DNA of 64,000 nucleotides from a virus. The stretch covers positions 1-64,000 of IMG/VR virus record IMGVR_UViG_3300045911_000130; one strand, given 5' to 3'. The translations under genes and the position numbers were made by a program. The notes below the pieces were generated by a model, which ran no database searches, was not told the DNA's origin, and was given only the letters and a program-made list of their open reading frames with translations. Numbering within the stretch: the first letter of the stretch is position 1; each line of letters opens with the position of its first letter. Positions 36,501 through 45,393 of this stretch are shown one piece after another.

Positions 36501-36848
36501 CGGGCGGCAGAAGCGGCGCTTGGAGCGTTCGACGACGAATTGATGGCGACCATGATTGCGTTGTATTGCGGCCATGAAGCGGAATATGACGACAATCTGG
36601 GATACCAACCTTTTTCAAAAAGGGTTACACTTGATAACGCGCCGTGGATTATGTCCTGTGGCGCATGTGGGGAGAAGTGGGGGCAAGAGGCTCCAAACGA
36701 GCGCGTGAACTGTCCGAAGTGCAATTCCATTCGCATCTATGGGCAGAAAAACAGCGACTTCGTAAAGGATGAAATGAAGGAGACTATAACCGACGAGTTA
36801 TTCGACCCGCCGGAATCGTCGTTTGCCAAGGAATACGAATTACTCTAG
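33555..36848 (+). CDS. terL: Terminase large subunit containing an intein
   Basis: Walker A KARQLGAS, split Walker B VFHG/SEV, ESTAKG coupling motif, nuclease GADVAEG..D, DDELMA. Confidence 0.92.
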   Translation: MRFLEPKRISGRDAGIAELIEYFDADERVGRWDLLTDKELEIIEGEATRCKEHFSYAARNYFSMVNKRREEKIFEFWESQMLILDRLQQLQDRRRPGKILVVKARQLGASLLLEMLVAWKSMFFQNTNSAVVSYDPDHSAYLFSLMQYVYDRMPWWLRPMCSSREFKNGLVFENPSYEDRRKNPGLNSRITVQSANKLTGVGQGIKINVFHGCLVPSTAIHLADGTVKPICDVEPGDLVVTSEARVASVKHRFLSGKSNEETAKIRLWGNNSWLETTLDHKILTPGGWVEAQHIQPNDKVRFSVRPIEENQRALEVWQYAIGGDWKKPKPVQSELVPVDYALGQYLGWYLAEGSLKKTKRGGKDYGYQSVYFSVHRNEVDYIKSIILAIDKNANIRIENAKGSLTSNVIHNSRRFARLVSEVCSVTDTKHFPAFAWSSGRDFLAGLVDGMWDGDGNIGSTAERRVKFTTVRHAMALDMRMAMASLGYGWCAMKSREAGRRYGRNCKKVWIVEALGRTFDSYMKVRGIPTWLKRQAGQDAVQRWEWAENGKFIDIKVKEVGRGFSATFWDLEIDAAEHSFQTEHCVVKNSEVGDWANAAEVIDGDLVNALVEDWDTIAALESTAKGSGNYFHRLWLRNVELGESAEWHPIFMPWFFEATRVLAPPGGWRPKPEELQMQQQVEMEWLRCSNPTCKQYHERLFRDRDRSGSVCPTCTNGFLVAYKLSPDQMFWREVKRLNSDRDEVSAKLLKQEMATTATDAFQSSGYTLFPEVCQSFVQQTVREPRLKGHFDGKDQFHAIHPVTLQCVLNGCGADHYADGRDVWIWELPDPNSEYVMGADVAEGLGGPDSDFSVAVVLRLGKNGAPDRQVAKFRSNTTSPIEFAYMMKSLGKWYNTAMIAVELNKYDIAAGTLRFNLQYPNLYRWKALDATNILTNKFGWVTNQVTKPRLYQTFIRYLKANMVIIRSKNCSEEMKTFQKEDMQSRAAEAALGAFDDELMATMIALYCGHEAEYDDNLGYQPFSKRVTLDNAPWIMSCGACGEKWGQEAPNERVNCPKCNSIRIYGQKNSDFVKDEMKETITDELFDPPESSFAKEYELL
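34191..35318 (+). mobile_element. Intein (376 aa) with LAGLIDADG endonuclease
   Basis: C1 CLVPST, block B TLDH, LGWYLAEG and LAGLVDGMWDGDG, block G VVKN followed by S+1. Confidence 0.9.
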
Positions 36849-36856
36849 GAGAGTTT

Positions 36857-37468
36857 ATGTCGAAGAAACAAAATCAAGTTCAGCTTGTGCTGAATGTTTT
36901 CATGGGAGAATCGGACGCCGCCAAGCTGGCCGAAGTCTATAAAGATACTCCCGACCAAGTTCCCGCGCTCGCCGGTTATCTCTTGACGCAGTATGCGCAA
37001 GGCGGCCTGATGTTCAAGGCTGAAGAGATGGAAAACCTTCAGCGATTGACCGGCGGCAAGATTGCCAACAGCGCAAGTATCACGCAGTTGGTGGAGAAAG
37101 CCCTGGAGCGCCGCGAGGGAGGCTTTACCGTGCAGGCCAACATCGACCCGTCTCTGTTTGAGCCGATCAAGGAAACGGCCAAAATGATGGGCATGGATGT
37201 CAACATGCTGATGACTGATGCCTTCAACACGATGCTGCAAAATGGCTGGCTATATTCATTTACGCCGTCCGGCGGCCAGTTGCTTTTAACCAAAGAGCAA
37301 AATGAAGCACTGGTCGAACGATTTGGTGGCTTCCCTAGCACGGAGCAATTGTTCAACGCTTTGAAGATCAAAGTGAAGTCGCCTGCCGGGGTTCAGACGT
37401 TTGAAGAGGATGCGCCTGTTACGTCGCCGTCTCGGGTGGAAGTGGACGCAGTTCCAGCGGAGGTCTAA
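36857..37468 (+). CDS. Hypothetical protein
   Basis: AGGAG SD. Confidence 0.7.
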   Translation: MSKKQNQVQLVLNVFMGESDAAKLAEVYKDTPDQVPALAGYLLTQYAQGGLMFKAEEMENLQRLTGGKIANSASITQLVEKALERREGGFTVQANIDPSLFEPIKETAKMMGMDVNMLMTDAFNTMLQNGWLYSFTPSGGQLLLTKEQNEALVERFGGFPSTEQLFNALKIKVKSPAGVQTFEEDAPVTSPSRVEVDAVPAEV

Positions 37469-37478
37469 TCGAGGCCTA

Positions 37479-37886
37479 ATGCCAATCTACGAATACACCT
37501 GCCATGACGCCGCGTGCTCGGAGCGCGGCGTCACCAAAGACCACTACCAAAAGCGCTCGGATTCTCCGGCCCCGGCGTGTCCTCAGTGTGCCAATGAGAT
37601 GCAGAGGGAGCCGGTCAGCCAGTTTCAAGTGTGCTGGGCGCGACCCTTGAGCTTCTACGACAGCAAAGCCGCACAGCAGCGCGGTATGGATAGCCACGTT
37701 GCGTATCGTATTCATTCAAGCACTAGTGGAAAACCTGAGCCGGTCGTCATAGACTCGATACAGAAGCAGCGCGACTTCTGCCGAGAGGAAGGTTTGCGGA
37801 ATCCCAGCGATTTGAACCCGCACGCCGAAATCAATGAAAGCGGAACCAAGCTGCAAACCGCCGGGACGAAAGGCCAATGGGTGTAA
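37479..37886 (+). CDS. FmdB-family Zn-ribbon protein
   Basis: MPIYEYTC....C...CPQC. Confidence 0.8.
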   Translation: MPIYEYTCHDAACSERGVTKDHYQKRSDSPAPACPQCANEMQREPVSQFQVCWARPLSFYDSKAAQQRGMDSHVAYRIHSSTSGKPEPVVIDSIQKQRDFCREEGLRNPSDLNPHAEINESGTKLQTAGTKGQWV

Positions 37887-37895
37887 CCCTGCATC

Positions 37896-39890
37896 ATGAT
37901 TCCTCGTGGACCAATATATCTTGAAGCGACCCGCGATACTCCTGAAGTGCCGGGCACCTATCTGGAAGAGATGCTGGCGTGGCGGGAAGCCGCACGCCTG
38001 GAAGCGGTTAGGACAGCGAAGCTGAATCCTGAAGCCGGGCGCGTTGCAAGTTATATTGATTGGATACAGGGCAATCAGTGGGACTTGCGCCGGGCTCGCT
38101 ATCGGTCGAAATTATTCGACAATCGGGTAGATTTAGCGCGTACCGATACTATATCCATTCTTACTTCTGGCAAGCCAACGATTGCAGTAACTACAACCGT
38201 TCCTGAGTTTACGCAGCAAGCCAATATCTCAGAGATGGTGATTCAGGCGGAATGGCAGCGCAATTCGTCGGATCTCCAGTTGGCAACCGCCATCGACTTG
38301 GGCATGTTATGGGGAACATCATTCTGGAAACTCGGTGCAGCGATGCCCGGCATGATGCGGGCAATTCCGTGCGGCCCAGACAATGTTCTACCCATTCAGC
38401 CTGGGTGGCATATTCAAGAAAGTAGCGCTGTTCTGTACAGGACGTGGAAACCGGTATCCTGGTATAAGCGCGTCTACCCCTACCGTGCCGCCGGGATCGA
38501 GCGCGAGGCGCAGAGTTACGACGTCCGCACGGCAAGCCCTTGGCAACGACCGTCAAACATCGACGAATACACTTGGAACTCGATGAGCCCGCAAATGCGC
38601 CGCCTGATGGGAACGCGCGTTTCACCGCAGGAAATTCCCAGCCGTGGCATGTATCAGGCGGTTGAACATCAGGAGTTTTACATCGACGACCAAAGCATCA
38701 ACCAGAGCAACCGAGATGTTCTGGTCAAAGATCCGTATCTGCCCACCGATCAGCACAACTATTGGTATTGGGTGAAACCGGGCCAGCGCCTTTATCCGCG
38801 CAAGCGACTTGTGGTTTTCGGTGGTCGGCGCTTGCTCTATGATGGTCCGAGCCCGTATTGGCACGGCCTGTATCCATTTGCCTGTTTGCGCCTCGATCCG
38901 GTGCCATGGAGTTTTTGGGGCAAAAGCTTCTATCGCAATCTGATGCCGCTGAACATGGCGATTAACGAGACGGCGGCGGGCGTAATGGACATGATTAAGC
39001 GGGCGCTCAACCCTGTTGCCATTACGAAGGAAGGCGCGGTGCCTCTGACGGCATGGAAAGAATTCTTCACCGACATGCCCGGTGCCAAAATGCGCATGGG
39101 GCCGCTGGGTGACCCCAGTCGCGACATCCGTTACATGGAGCAGCCCCCAATTCCGCCTTGGGTATTCCAATTCTTGCAACAGTATCTTATCCCTGAATTT
39201 GACCGGTTGTCTGGGCTAGTCGATATGACGCAGCTTGCAGGCAAGAATCAAGCTCCGGGCGGCGACACGATTCAGGCAATGAAAGATTCATTCCAGACCA
39301 GTGTGCAATTAAAGGGACGCAGGATCGAAGATTTCTTACGGGATGCGGGCGTGCAATGCCTGTCCAACGTGTTTCAGTTCTACACCGCCAAGCAGCGCAT
39401 GATGATACTTGGATCTGACGGCATTACTCCGCAGGATTTTGACTTTGATCCGGGCTCGCTGGTGCCAAATAGTTCGATGGAGCGCTCTGCCCATTGGCGC
39501 AATTTCAGCATGACGGTCATCCCAGGCTCCCTGCACAGCGGCGCAAAGGATCGAGACAAGCAGACGGCGATGGCCCTGTACAAGATGCAGGCAATCAGCC
39601 GTAAGAAGCTTCTCGAAACGCTGGACATCAACGACGTTGAAGGCGTGGAGCGTGAGATTTACGAGGAAGTTGCGCAGATGAAAGCTGCAATGGCTCCGCC
39701 GCCGCCGGAACAAGCGATGTCGGGCGCGGGCGCTATCCCGCCTGAAGTCGCTCAACTCCTGCAAGCCATGCAAGCCGGAGGCGGTGCGCCGTCTCCGGGA
39801 GGCGGAGCGGGAGGGCCAGCGCCAGCCGGAGCGCCTCCGGGCGAAAGCGAGCGTATGACTCGCGGACAGCGTAACGGGCGGCCGATCTAA
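37896..39890 (+). CDS. Portal protein
   Basis: Position after TerL; YPF...DPVP.SFWG.S...L.PL..AIN motif; Pro/Gly-rich tail. Confidence 0.85.
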   Translation: MIPRGPIYLEATRDTPEVPGTYLEEMLAWREAARLEAVRTAKLNPEAGRVASYIDWIQGNQWDLRRARYRSKLFDNRVDLARTDTISILTSGKPTIAVTTTVPEFTQQANISEMVIQAEWQRNSSDLQLATAIDLGMLWGTSFWKLGAAMPGMMRAIPCGPDNVLPIQPGWHIQESSAVLYRTWKPVSWYKRVYPYRAAGIEREAQSYDVRTASPWQRPSNIDEYTWNSMSPQMRRLMGTRVSPQEIPSRGMYQAVEHQEFYIDDQSINQSNRDVLVKDPYLPTDQHNYWYWVKPGQRLYPRKRLVVFGGRRLLYDGPSPYWHGLYPFACLRLDPVPWSFWGKSFYRNLMPLNMAINETAAGVMDMIKRALNPVAITKEGAVPLTAWKEFFTDMPGAKMRMGPLGDPSRDIRYMEQPPIPPWVFQFLQQYLIPEFDRLSGLVDMTQLAGKNQAPGGDTIQAMKDSFQTSVQLKGRRIEDFLRDAGVQCLSNVFQFYTAKQRMMILGSDGITPQDFDFDPGSLVPNSSMERSAHWRNFSMTVIPGSLHSGAKDRDKQTAMALYKMQAISRKKLLETLDINDVEGVEREIYEEVAQMKAAMAPPPPEQAMSGAGAIPPEVAQLLQAMQAGGGAPSPGGGAGGPAPAGAPPGESERMTRGQRNGRPI

Positions 39891-39947
39891 AGTCAATAGG
39901 CCAATTCACAATCAGTACTGTTTTGCATCTTGACTTGTACTGATGGG

Positions 39948-39976
39948 TTGACAGATACTTGTGACGGAACTATATG
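39948..39976 (+). promoter_or_regulatory. Sigma70-like promoter for head genes (TTGACA-17-TATATG)
   Basis: Consensus -35 in the intergenic gap after portal. Confidence 0.5.
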
Positions 39977-40023
39977 GCGTACACCCATTACAGGGTAGAG
40001 CCGTAACGAAAGAAAGGCGAAGC

Positions 40024-40140
40024 ATGAAACGGAATTCCAAACATGCCGATGCCGCTCAGGACCGAAAGCTGATTCGGGAAATGATGAATGAGCGCGGAAC
40101 CAAACGCCCCGCAAAGGGCAAGCGAGTTCCGAAGCGCTAA
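40024..40140 (+). CDS. Small basic protein (38 aa), below the ORF-track cutoff
   Basis: GAAAGG SD; MKRNSKHADAAQDRKLIREMMNERGTKRPAKGKRVPKR. Confidence 0.55.
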   Translation: MKRNSKHADAAQDRKLIREMMNERGTKRPAKGKRVPKR

Positions 40141-40167
40141 TCATCGATCAAGACCAAGGAGGTCCAT

Positions 40168-40446
40168 GTGGCTGACAACAATATGCAAGTCATCGGTGAC
40201 AAGGAAAAGTTGAAAAACGAACCGCGCACCGTAACCCCGACGCCGTTCAGCGGCGGCAAAATGCAGGCGGTTGGTGACACGATCTCGCAGATGAAGGATA
40301 CGCCGGTGAGTATGGCTCCAAAGGCGTTTGCCGGTGGGACCATTCAGAAGGTCGGCAGCGACGTTGCGTTGAAAGACACTCCTCGTCACGGCTGGCAAAG
40401 CTTTGACACGCCAATGTCTCAGCGAGCAATCAAACAGAGCAAGTAA
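40168..40446 (+). CDS. Small protein with internal repeats (F.GG..Q.VG / KDTP)
   Basis: AAGGAGG SD. Confidence 0.7.
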   Translation: MADNNMQVIGDKEKLKNEPRTVTPTPFSGGKMQAVGDTISQMKDTPVSMAPKAFAGGTIQKVGSDVALKDTPRHGWQSFDTPMSQRAIKQSK

Positions 40447-40462
40447 GCCTCAGGGGTGATTT

Positions 40463-40852
40463 ATGGCGATGAATGATTTTGGCGCAACCGGCCCAAACCC
40501 TCCCCAGCCTCCGAATCTGCGTCAGGGCATGAGCGCAATGGGACAATTTGCGGCTGGGATGCCCGCCGCCGGTAGTGGCATTGCTGGAGCGGCCCCCGCA
40601 GAGACGCTGCAATTTGCAATGGCCTCCCTTGCCAATGTCGAAAGCGAACTAAGCAAGGTAGCTCAAATTTTGGTAGTAGAAAAACCGGAAGTAATTCCGT
40701 TGCTGAAGATGATGGCGCAAGCGGGCCAGCAGCTTAAGCAAGCGTTGGGTGGTCAACAAACACAAGGCGGCATTGGGCAAGGCGCGTCGGCTCCGGCGGG
40801 ATCTCCAGGTGAGGCTCCGGCGGGCGCGGCTTCTTCCATGCAAATGGCGTAG
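40463..40852 (+). CDS. Low-complexity head-module protein
   Basis: Typical position between portal and scaffold. Confidence 0.65.
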   Translation: MAMNDFGATGPNPPQPPNLRQGMSAMGQFAAGMPAAGSGIAGAAPAETLQFAMASLANVESELSKVAQILVVEKPEVIPLLKMMAQAGQQLKQALGGQQTQGGIGQGASAPAGSPGEAPAGAASSMQMA

Positions 40853-40897
40853 GCGCAAGAGCGTTTGCCTTAGCCGTGTCCGCCGGAGGTGGAGACG

Positions 40898-41746
40898 TTG
40901 GCAGGAAATGGATTCGCAGACATCCTAGGTTTGATTGCAGACGAAAGCGAAAGGGTTCAATTCGAGCAAATCGTAAGCAAGTATCCGCAGGTCAAGGAAG
41001 GTTTTCTACGGCAAGAAGATTACAGCCGTAAGTTGGCCGAAACCGAAGAGCAGCGGAAATACGCTGAGGCGTGGGACATCTGGAAGCAGAACAACTGGCT
41101 TGCAGATCATAACATGACAAAGCAGCAATACGAAGCATTGCTGGAGAATGAGGCCCTGAGGCAACAATTACAGAAAGCGGGAGAACCAATGGATTTTGCA
41201 CAACTTGACAAGTACCTTGGCGAGAAAGGGTACGTTGCGAAGAAAGACGTAGAAGAGTTACTGGCGACTAAGGAGCCTGAGGTGGAGCAACTGGTGGACG
41301 GTCGATATGCGGCGCTGAGCGCGGTCATGTCGAAAACGATGCCTCTCGTTGTGAAGCATTTGAAGGAATTCGACGAAGCGCTCGATGTGGACGCGATGTA
41401 CGCAAATGCGGTGAAGCTGGGTATCAATGATCCTGACGCAGCCTACAATGCGTATGTGTCCGACCGCCGTGCTGAACGCATGAAGCAGGATCACGAGAAA
41501 GCCGTCAACGAAGCATTTGAGCGCGGTAAGCAGACCGTGCAGCAGCAGATCGCAATGGGCGCGGAAGGCCGGATGCCTGTCGATCTCAATGGTCCCGAAA
41601 TGGGCCACTTGCAGAACTCCTTAAGTCAGACCCCGACCGACGCTGAAAAAGCGGCGAACGTGGTTCCTGAGAACGTCGAGCTTGGCAAAGGCGTGTCGCG
41701 TTTTGTGGCCGCTCATTTCCGCCAAAAAGAAGCCGGAGCCAGCTAA
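40898..41746 (+). CDS. Putative scaffolding protein
   Basis: LRQEDYSRKL motif, helical, directly upstream of MCP. Confidence 0.75.
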   Translation: MAGNGFADILGLIADESERVQFEQIVSKYPQVKEGFLRQEDYSRKLAETEEQRKYAEAWDIWKQNNWLADHNMTKQQYEALLENEALRQQLQKAGEPMDFAQLDKYLGEKGYVAKKDVEELLATKEPEVEQLVDGRYAALSAVMSKTMPLVVKHLKEFDEALDVDAMYANAVKLGINDPDAAYNAYVSDRRAERMKQDHEKAVNEAFERGKQTVQQQIAMGAEGRMPVDLNGPEMGHLQNSLSQTPTDAEKAANVVPENVELGKGVSRFVAAHFRQKEAGAS

Positions 41747-41814
41747 GCTTACGCAAGGCGTAGCTTCGGTCTTCACCGCCGTAATTGGCGGAATTGAACA
41801 AATAGGAGAATACG

Positions 41815-42882
41815 ATGCCTCTGGCTATCACCGAAGTGAACGCCTTGACAAATCTGTATATTGTCCCCCGGACAACGGATTTGATTTTCAAGAACGATCC
41901 TCTCCTGACTCGCTTGATGAACCGCCGTATGGTGCGCTTCGATGGCGGTCAGTTGATCCAACGCCCACTGATCTACGCCGAACTCAACGGCGATTTCTTT
42001 CTCCGCGGCGACACCTTCAATATCGCCTACGTGCCCACCGACACGGCACTGCAAGTGCCGATGAAGTATGCGTATGTCAACATTACGCTGTACGGCACCG
42101 ATGACGTGTTGAATCGTGGCCCCGAAGCGGTCTTTTCTCAGGTTGAGACGAAGATGCTCAATGCCTCCTTGCGGATGGCGAAGGTGCTCTCGACTAACCT
42201 GTACAAAGACGGTCAATCCGATGCTGCCGCTGTGACCGCCTCCGGCGGTGTGCTCAGCACCTCCAATGCCTTCGCCGGGCTCTTGGCCTGGGTCGATGAC
42301 GGTAACTCCGGTTCGGGCTACCCGACCGCTACCGGCGTCACCAAGTCCTTCCCCTCTGTGGGTGGCATTACCCGCAACGACATTACGGCGACACCCTCAT
42401 CCGGCACTGCCACTCCGAACGCCAACATTGGCGGTCTTAATGCATATACCAACCGTGCGTTTACGACCTTCCAGCTTTCGGAAGTGCAAAACGCCTACGG
42501 GAAAGCATGGTTTGGCAACGACTTCCCCGACTTGCTGATCGGGCAGCAAAATGGTTGGGACAAGTTCTGGCAGAGCACTCAGCCACTCCAGCGCTACATG
42601 GACGACAAATCCGACGTGGCGAAGGTGGGTTTCCAGACGCTCCGATTCAACAGCAGCGAAGTGGTCATCTCCAAGTACGCTCCTGAGCAGGTCATGTTTG
42701 GCCTGAACACGAATTACCTGGAGTTTTACGTCACCACGAATCCGAAGTTCCAGTTCGGCTTCACCGGCTTCAAGGAAGCGCAGAACTCGGTTGACGTGTC
42801 GGGCCAGTTCTTGTTCTCGGGCAACCTTGTTGTCCCCAACCCGCGCACCTGCTTCAAGCTAATCGGGAGTGCGCTCGCCTAA
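41815..42882 (+). CDS. Major capsid protein
   Basis: AGGAG SD; D.IF..DPLL, DGG..I..PL.Y, GF..L.FN, GNL...NPR motifs; position. Confidence 0.85.
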   Translation: MPLAITEVNALTNLYIVPRTTDLIFKNDPLLTRLMNRRMVRFDGGQLIQRPLIYAELNGDFFLRGDTFNIAYVPTDTALQVPMKYAYVNITLYGTDDVLNRGPEAVFSQVETKMLNASLRMAKVLSTNLYKDGQSDAAAVTASGGVLSTSNAFAGLLAWVDDGNSGSGYPTATGVTKSFPSVGGITRNDITATPSSGTATPNANIGGLNAYTNRAFTTFQLSEVQNAYGKAWFGNDFPDLLIGQQNGWDKFWQSTQPLQRYMDDKSDVAKVGFQTLRFNSSEVVISKYAPEQVMFGLNTNYLEFYVTTNPKFQFGFTGFKEAQNSVDVSGQFLFSGNLVVPNPRTCFKLIGSALA

Positions 42883-42922
42883 GGGCGGCAGCTAACCAAG
42901 CAAGGAAAGAGAGAAAACAGAA

Positions 42923-43390
42923 ATGGCACTTCCCACCAATCCCCCACTCCCGGCAATCAACTATGGCAGCGGCGTGCCGACAGAGGGTTACTGGGCGCAG
43001 GGGCAAATCATCATCAATGTTCAAGCCGAAGCGGGCGATGCAATTGGATGGGTCTGCACGGCAGCCGGTACTCCCGGCTCCTGGGTAGCTCTCGGATTTG
43101 CTCAGCCCACGACGCTCACTACGGTTTCCAGTTCGGGCTCGACGCTGGCGTCCGGTTCGCGCTACAACTTGCTGACATCCACCACGGCATCTTCGTACAC
43201 GCTCCCGGCGGCTGGCTCGCAGGGCGCAGGCACAGTGCTTACTGTGCTGAACGCCGGTGGCGCATCGGCAGTCACGTTGGCGGCTCCATCCGGCAACACG
43301 ATTGTTGGTGGCCCTGTGTTGACGACCGTTGCGAATGCTCGCTTGAGCGTTCTCAGTGACGGCAACACGACTTGGTACAACGTCAGCTAA
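42923..43390 (+). CDS. Putative capsid decoration protein (paralogue 1)
   Basis: Follows MCP; G.IIIN...G.AIGW.CT shared with the next gene. Confidence 0.6.
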   Translation: MALPTNPPLPAINYGSGVPTEGYWAQGQIIINVQAEAGDAIGWVCTAAGTPGSWVALGFAQPTTLTTVSSSGSTLASGSRYNLLTSTTASSYTLPAAGSQGAGTVLTVLNAGGASAVTLAAPSGNTIVGGPVLTTVANARLSVLSDGNTTWYNVS

Positions 43391-43449
43391 CAAAGGAGTT
43401 GAGCGCCTGAGGTGGGGCTTAGGCCCCGCCTCAGGTCTCGCAAAGAAAC

Positions 43450-43926
43450 ATGGCACTCAACGTCTTTAATCTTCCACTCACTCCGAATCAGCCGACGCCG
43501 GTAATCCGGTTCGCTGATTCGACGCCAACCGAGACTGGGCTGAACCTTGGCGACATCATCATCAATACGGCTTGCGGTCCTGGTGAAGCAATCGGCTGGA
43601 TTTGCACCGATCCCGCTTCCCCTAGTTTCACGCCTATCGCCGTAGGTGGACTTACCGGTCCAGTGCAAGCAAAAACGGCGGCGGGAACGATAACGGATTT
43701 TCCGGGCATCGTTACCGTGTCGGGTTTTGCGGGGAACCTAACCTTGGCTTCTCCGACTGTTTTTTCTGGTGGCTTTCAGCAGGCCATCTTGGCTTTAACG
43801 ACGCATTCGGTTACGTTGGTGGCACCATCCGGCGCTTCTATTGTTGGCCTGAATGCGGCCATAACAAGCAACACGGCTGCCGCAAAGGTTGTTCCGGTCG
43901 GCACCATTTGGTATCGGCTTCAGTAA
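43450..43926 (+). CDS. Putative capsid decoration protein (paralogue 2)
   Basis: GDIIIN...GEAIGWICT, VTL.APSG..IVG, WY terminus. Confidence 0.6.
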   Translation: MALNVFNLPLTPNQPTPVIRFADSTPTETGLNLGDIIINTACGPGEAIGWICTDPASPSFTPIAVGGLTGPVQAKTAAGTITDFPGIVTVSGFAGNLTLASPTVFSGGFQQAILALTTHSVTLVAPSGASIVGLNAAITSNTAAAKVVPVGTIWYRLQ

Positions 43927-43953
43927 TCAGCAGTAAGGATATGGGAGGCGCAT

Positions 43954-45102
43954 TTGCAATACCAGGAAACATTGGCAAGCATGGTCGGACACGTCCGGCG
44001 TTTCAAGCCAAATGCGCCTCCTGATCTAACCCGCGATTGGCTAAATTACAGCCAGCGAACCATTATCAACCGCCGCCCGCAATGGGCTGGTCTTTTCAAG
44101 CACGCAACAATTTACCTGCCAAACGTCTACGACACCGGGCAAGTCGAACTTATCACGAACTCGAACTTGATGCTCGGCACCAATACGGATTGGCCGGTAA
44201 CAGACTACATTTCCACGTCTATTCCGGCTGGTGTAGCGCAGCCCGGCGGCCAGTGGGTGACACCGGCTTCGATGGACAACATCGACGATAATTCATGCCT
44301 GTATGTTGGTGACGGCGAGACGTACCCGGAAATCGTTCCGGTCCGCAAAGTCAACCAAACTCAGTTCTACGCTGTTTTTAAGTATCCGAAAAATCAAAAC
44401 ACTCTTGTTTGGCAAAGCAGCTTGGTTCATCGCCAACTTCGCATGACTGAGCGCAATCCGATTTACAACATTATTGCGGTAACATCGGATTCTATCGCCG
44501 TTTTGGATAAGCCCTGGAGTGGCGCATCCGGTGCTGCAATGTCTTACCAAATCGTGAAAATGTATATCACGATTGCGAGCGATTGCAAGTCGGTTATGTC
44601 TTGCATTGATCCCATTCGTGGTATCCAGATGGAAGTCAACGTCCCTCAGGCTCGCGTCAATGCGGCGGACCCTTGGCGGCAAAGCGTCAACACGCCTATC
44701 TGGCTGTGCAATAACTACCCCAATATCAACGGCAACGAAACCCAAGAAGTCTATCCTCCGCCGACGACTTCACGCCAACTGAACATCATGTACCAGCAGG
44801 AATGGCCGGACATGAGGGCGCAGAGCGATATCCCGTTGCCTTTTGTCGCGCCAAATGTTTTGGTTTGGGGTGCACTTTCGCACGCCTTACGGCACAAGGC
44901 TGAAGTCAACGACCCCTACTATGATCCGCGCATGGCAGCGGAATATGAGCGCCAATTTGAAAACGGCATCAAGGATGCCATGTACGCCGATGATTACAAG
45001 GCGCAAATGGCCTATTCCTGGCAGTATGAATCGCTGTATGGATTTGGAGGCGCTGATTGGTGGCGAGCCCATGATGCCGATGTCTATTACGGAAACGTCT
45101 AA
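43954..45102 (+). CDS. Head-tail adaptor-like protein with inserted beta domains
   Basis: GGAGG SD; WLN.SQR.I, VYP.P, LVWGAL...YE..F adaptor pattern. Confidence 0.65.
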   Translation: MQYQETLASMVGHVRRFKPNAPPDLTRDWLNYSQRTIINRRPQWAGLFKHATIYLPNVYDTGQVELITNSNLMLGTNTDWPVTDYISTSIPAGVAQPGGQWVTPASMDNIDDNSCLYVGDGETYPEIVPVRKVNQTQFYAVFKYPKNQNTLVWQSSLVHRQLRMTERNPIYNIIAVTSDSIAVLDKPWSGASGAAMSYQIVKMYITIASDCKSVMSCIDPIRGIQMEVNVPQARVNAADPWRQSVNTPIWLCNNYPNINGNETQEVYPPPTTSRQLNIMYQQEWPDMRAQSDIPLPFVAPNVLVWGALSHALRHKAEVNDPYYDPRMAAEYERQFENGIKDAMYADDYKAQMAYSWQYESLYGFGGADWWRAHDADVYYGNV

Positions 45103-45129
45103 GAGGTAACCAGAGGTAACGAGGTAACA

Positions 45130-45393
45130 ATGCGAAAAGCCGAAAAACCATGTCCTGATGATCTTCGCTCGAAGGCGATGACGCCGATTTTTACACCTGA
45201 CAATGCGTTGAATGACGCGGCCAAGATTCCTCAGATGCGGGAGGCAAGGCGCAACGAAATGGATTTGTGCGAGCCTATTCCCAATTCCATTTGGGAAAAC
45301 CGGTGTGACTTCAATCGCCGATTTGGCGGGGATGGGGGGGGTATGACGTTGGCGAAAGACAAGGATGACCCGAATGACCCCGGCTGTTGGTAA
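45130..45393 (+). CDS. Hypothetical protein
   Basis: Triple GAGGTAAC upstream. Confidence 0.5.
   Translation: MRKAEKPCPDDLRSKAMTPIFTPDNALNDAAKIPQMREARRNEMDLCEPIPNSIWENRCDFNRRFGGDGGGMTLAKDKDDPNDPGCW

Noticed and set aside
39976-41814. Possible tRNA or structured ncRNA in head-region intergenic gaps
   Set aside because: No cloverleaf or T-loop found; the first gap is explained by a small ORF and the others hold only short hairpins
45334-45341. G8 tract as a programmed frameshift into the holin-like ORF
   Set aside because: The holin frame has a TGA at 45344, so a shift at the tract gives no fusion
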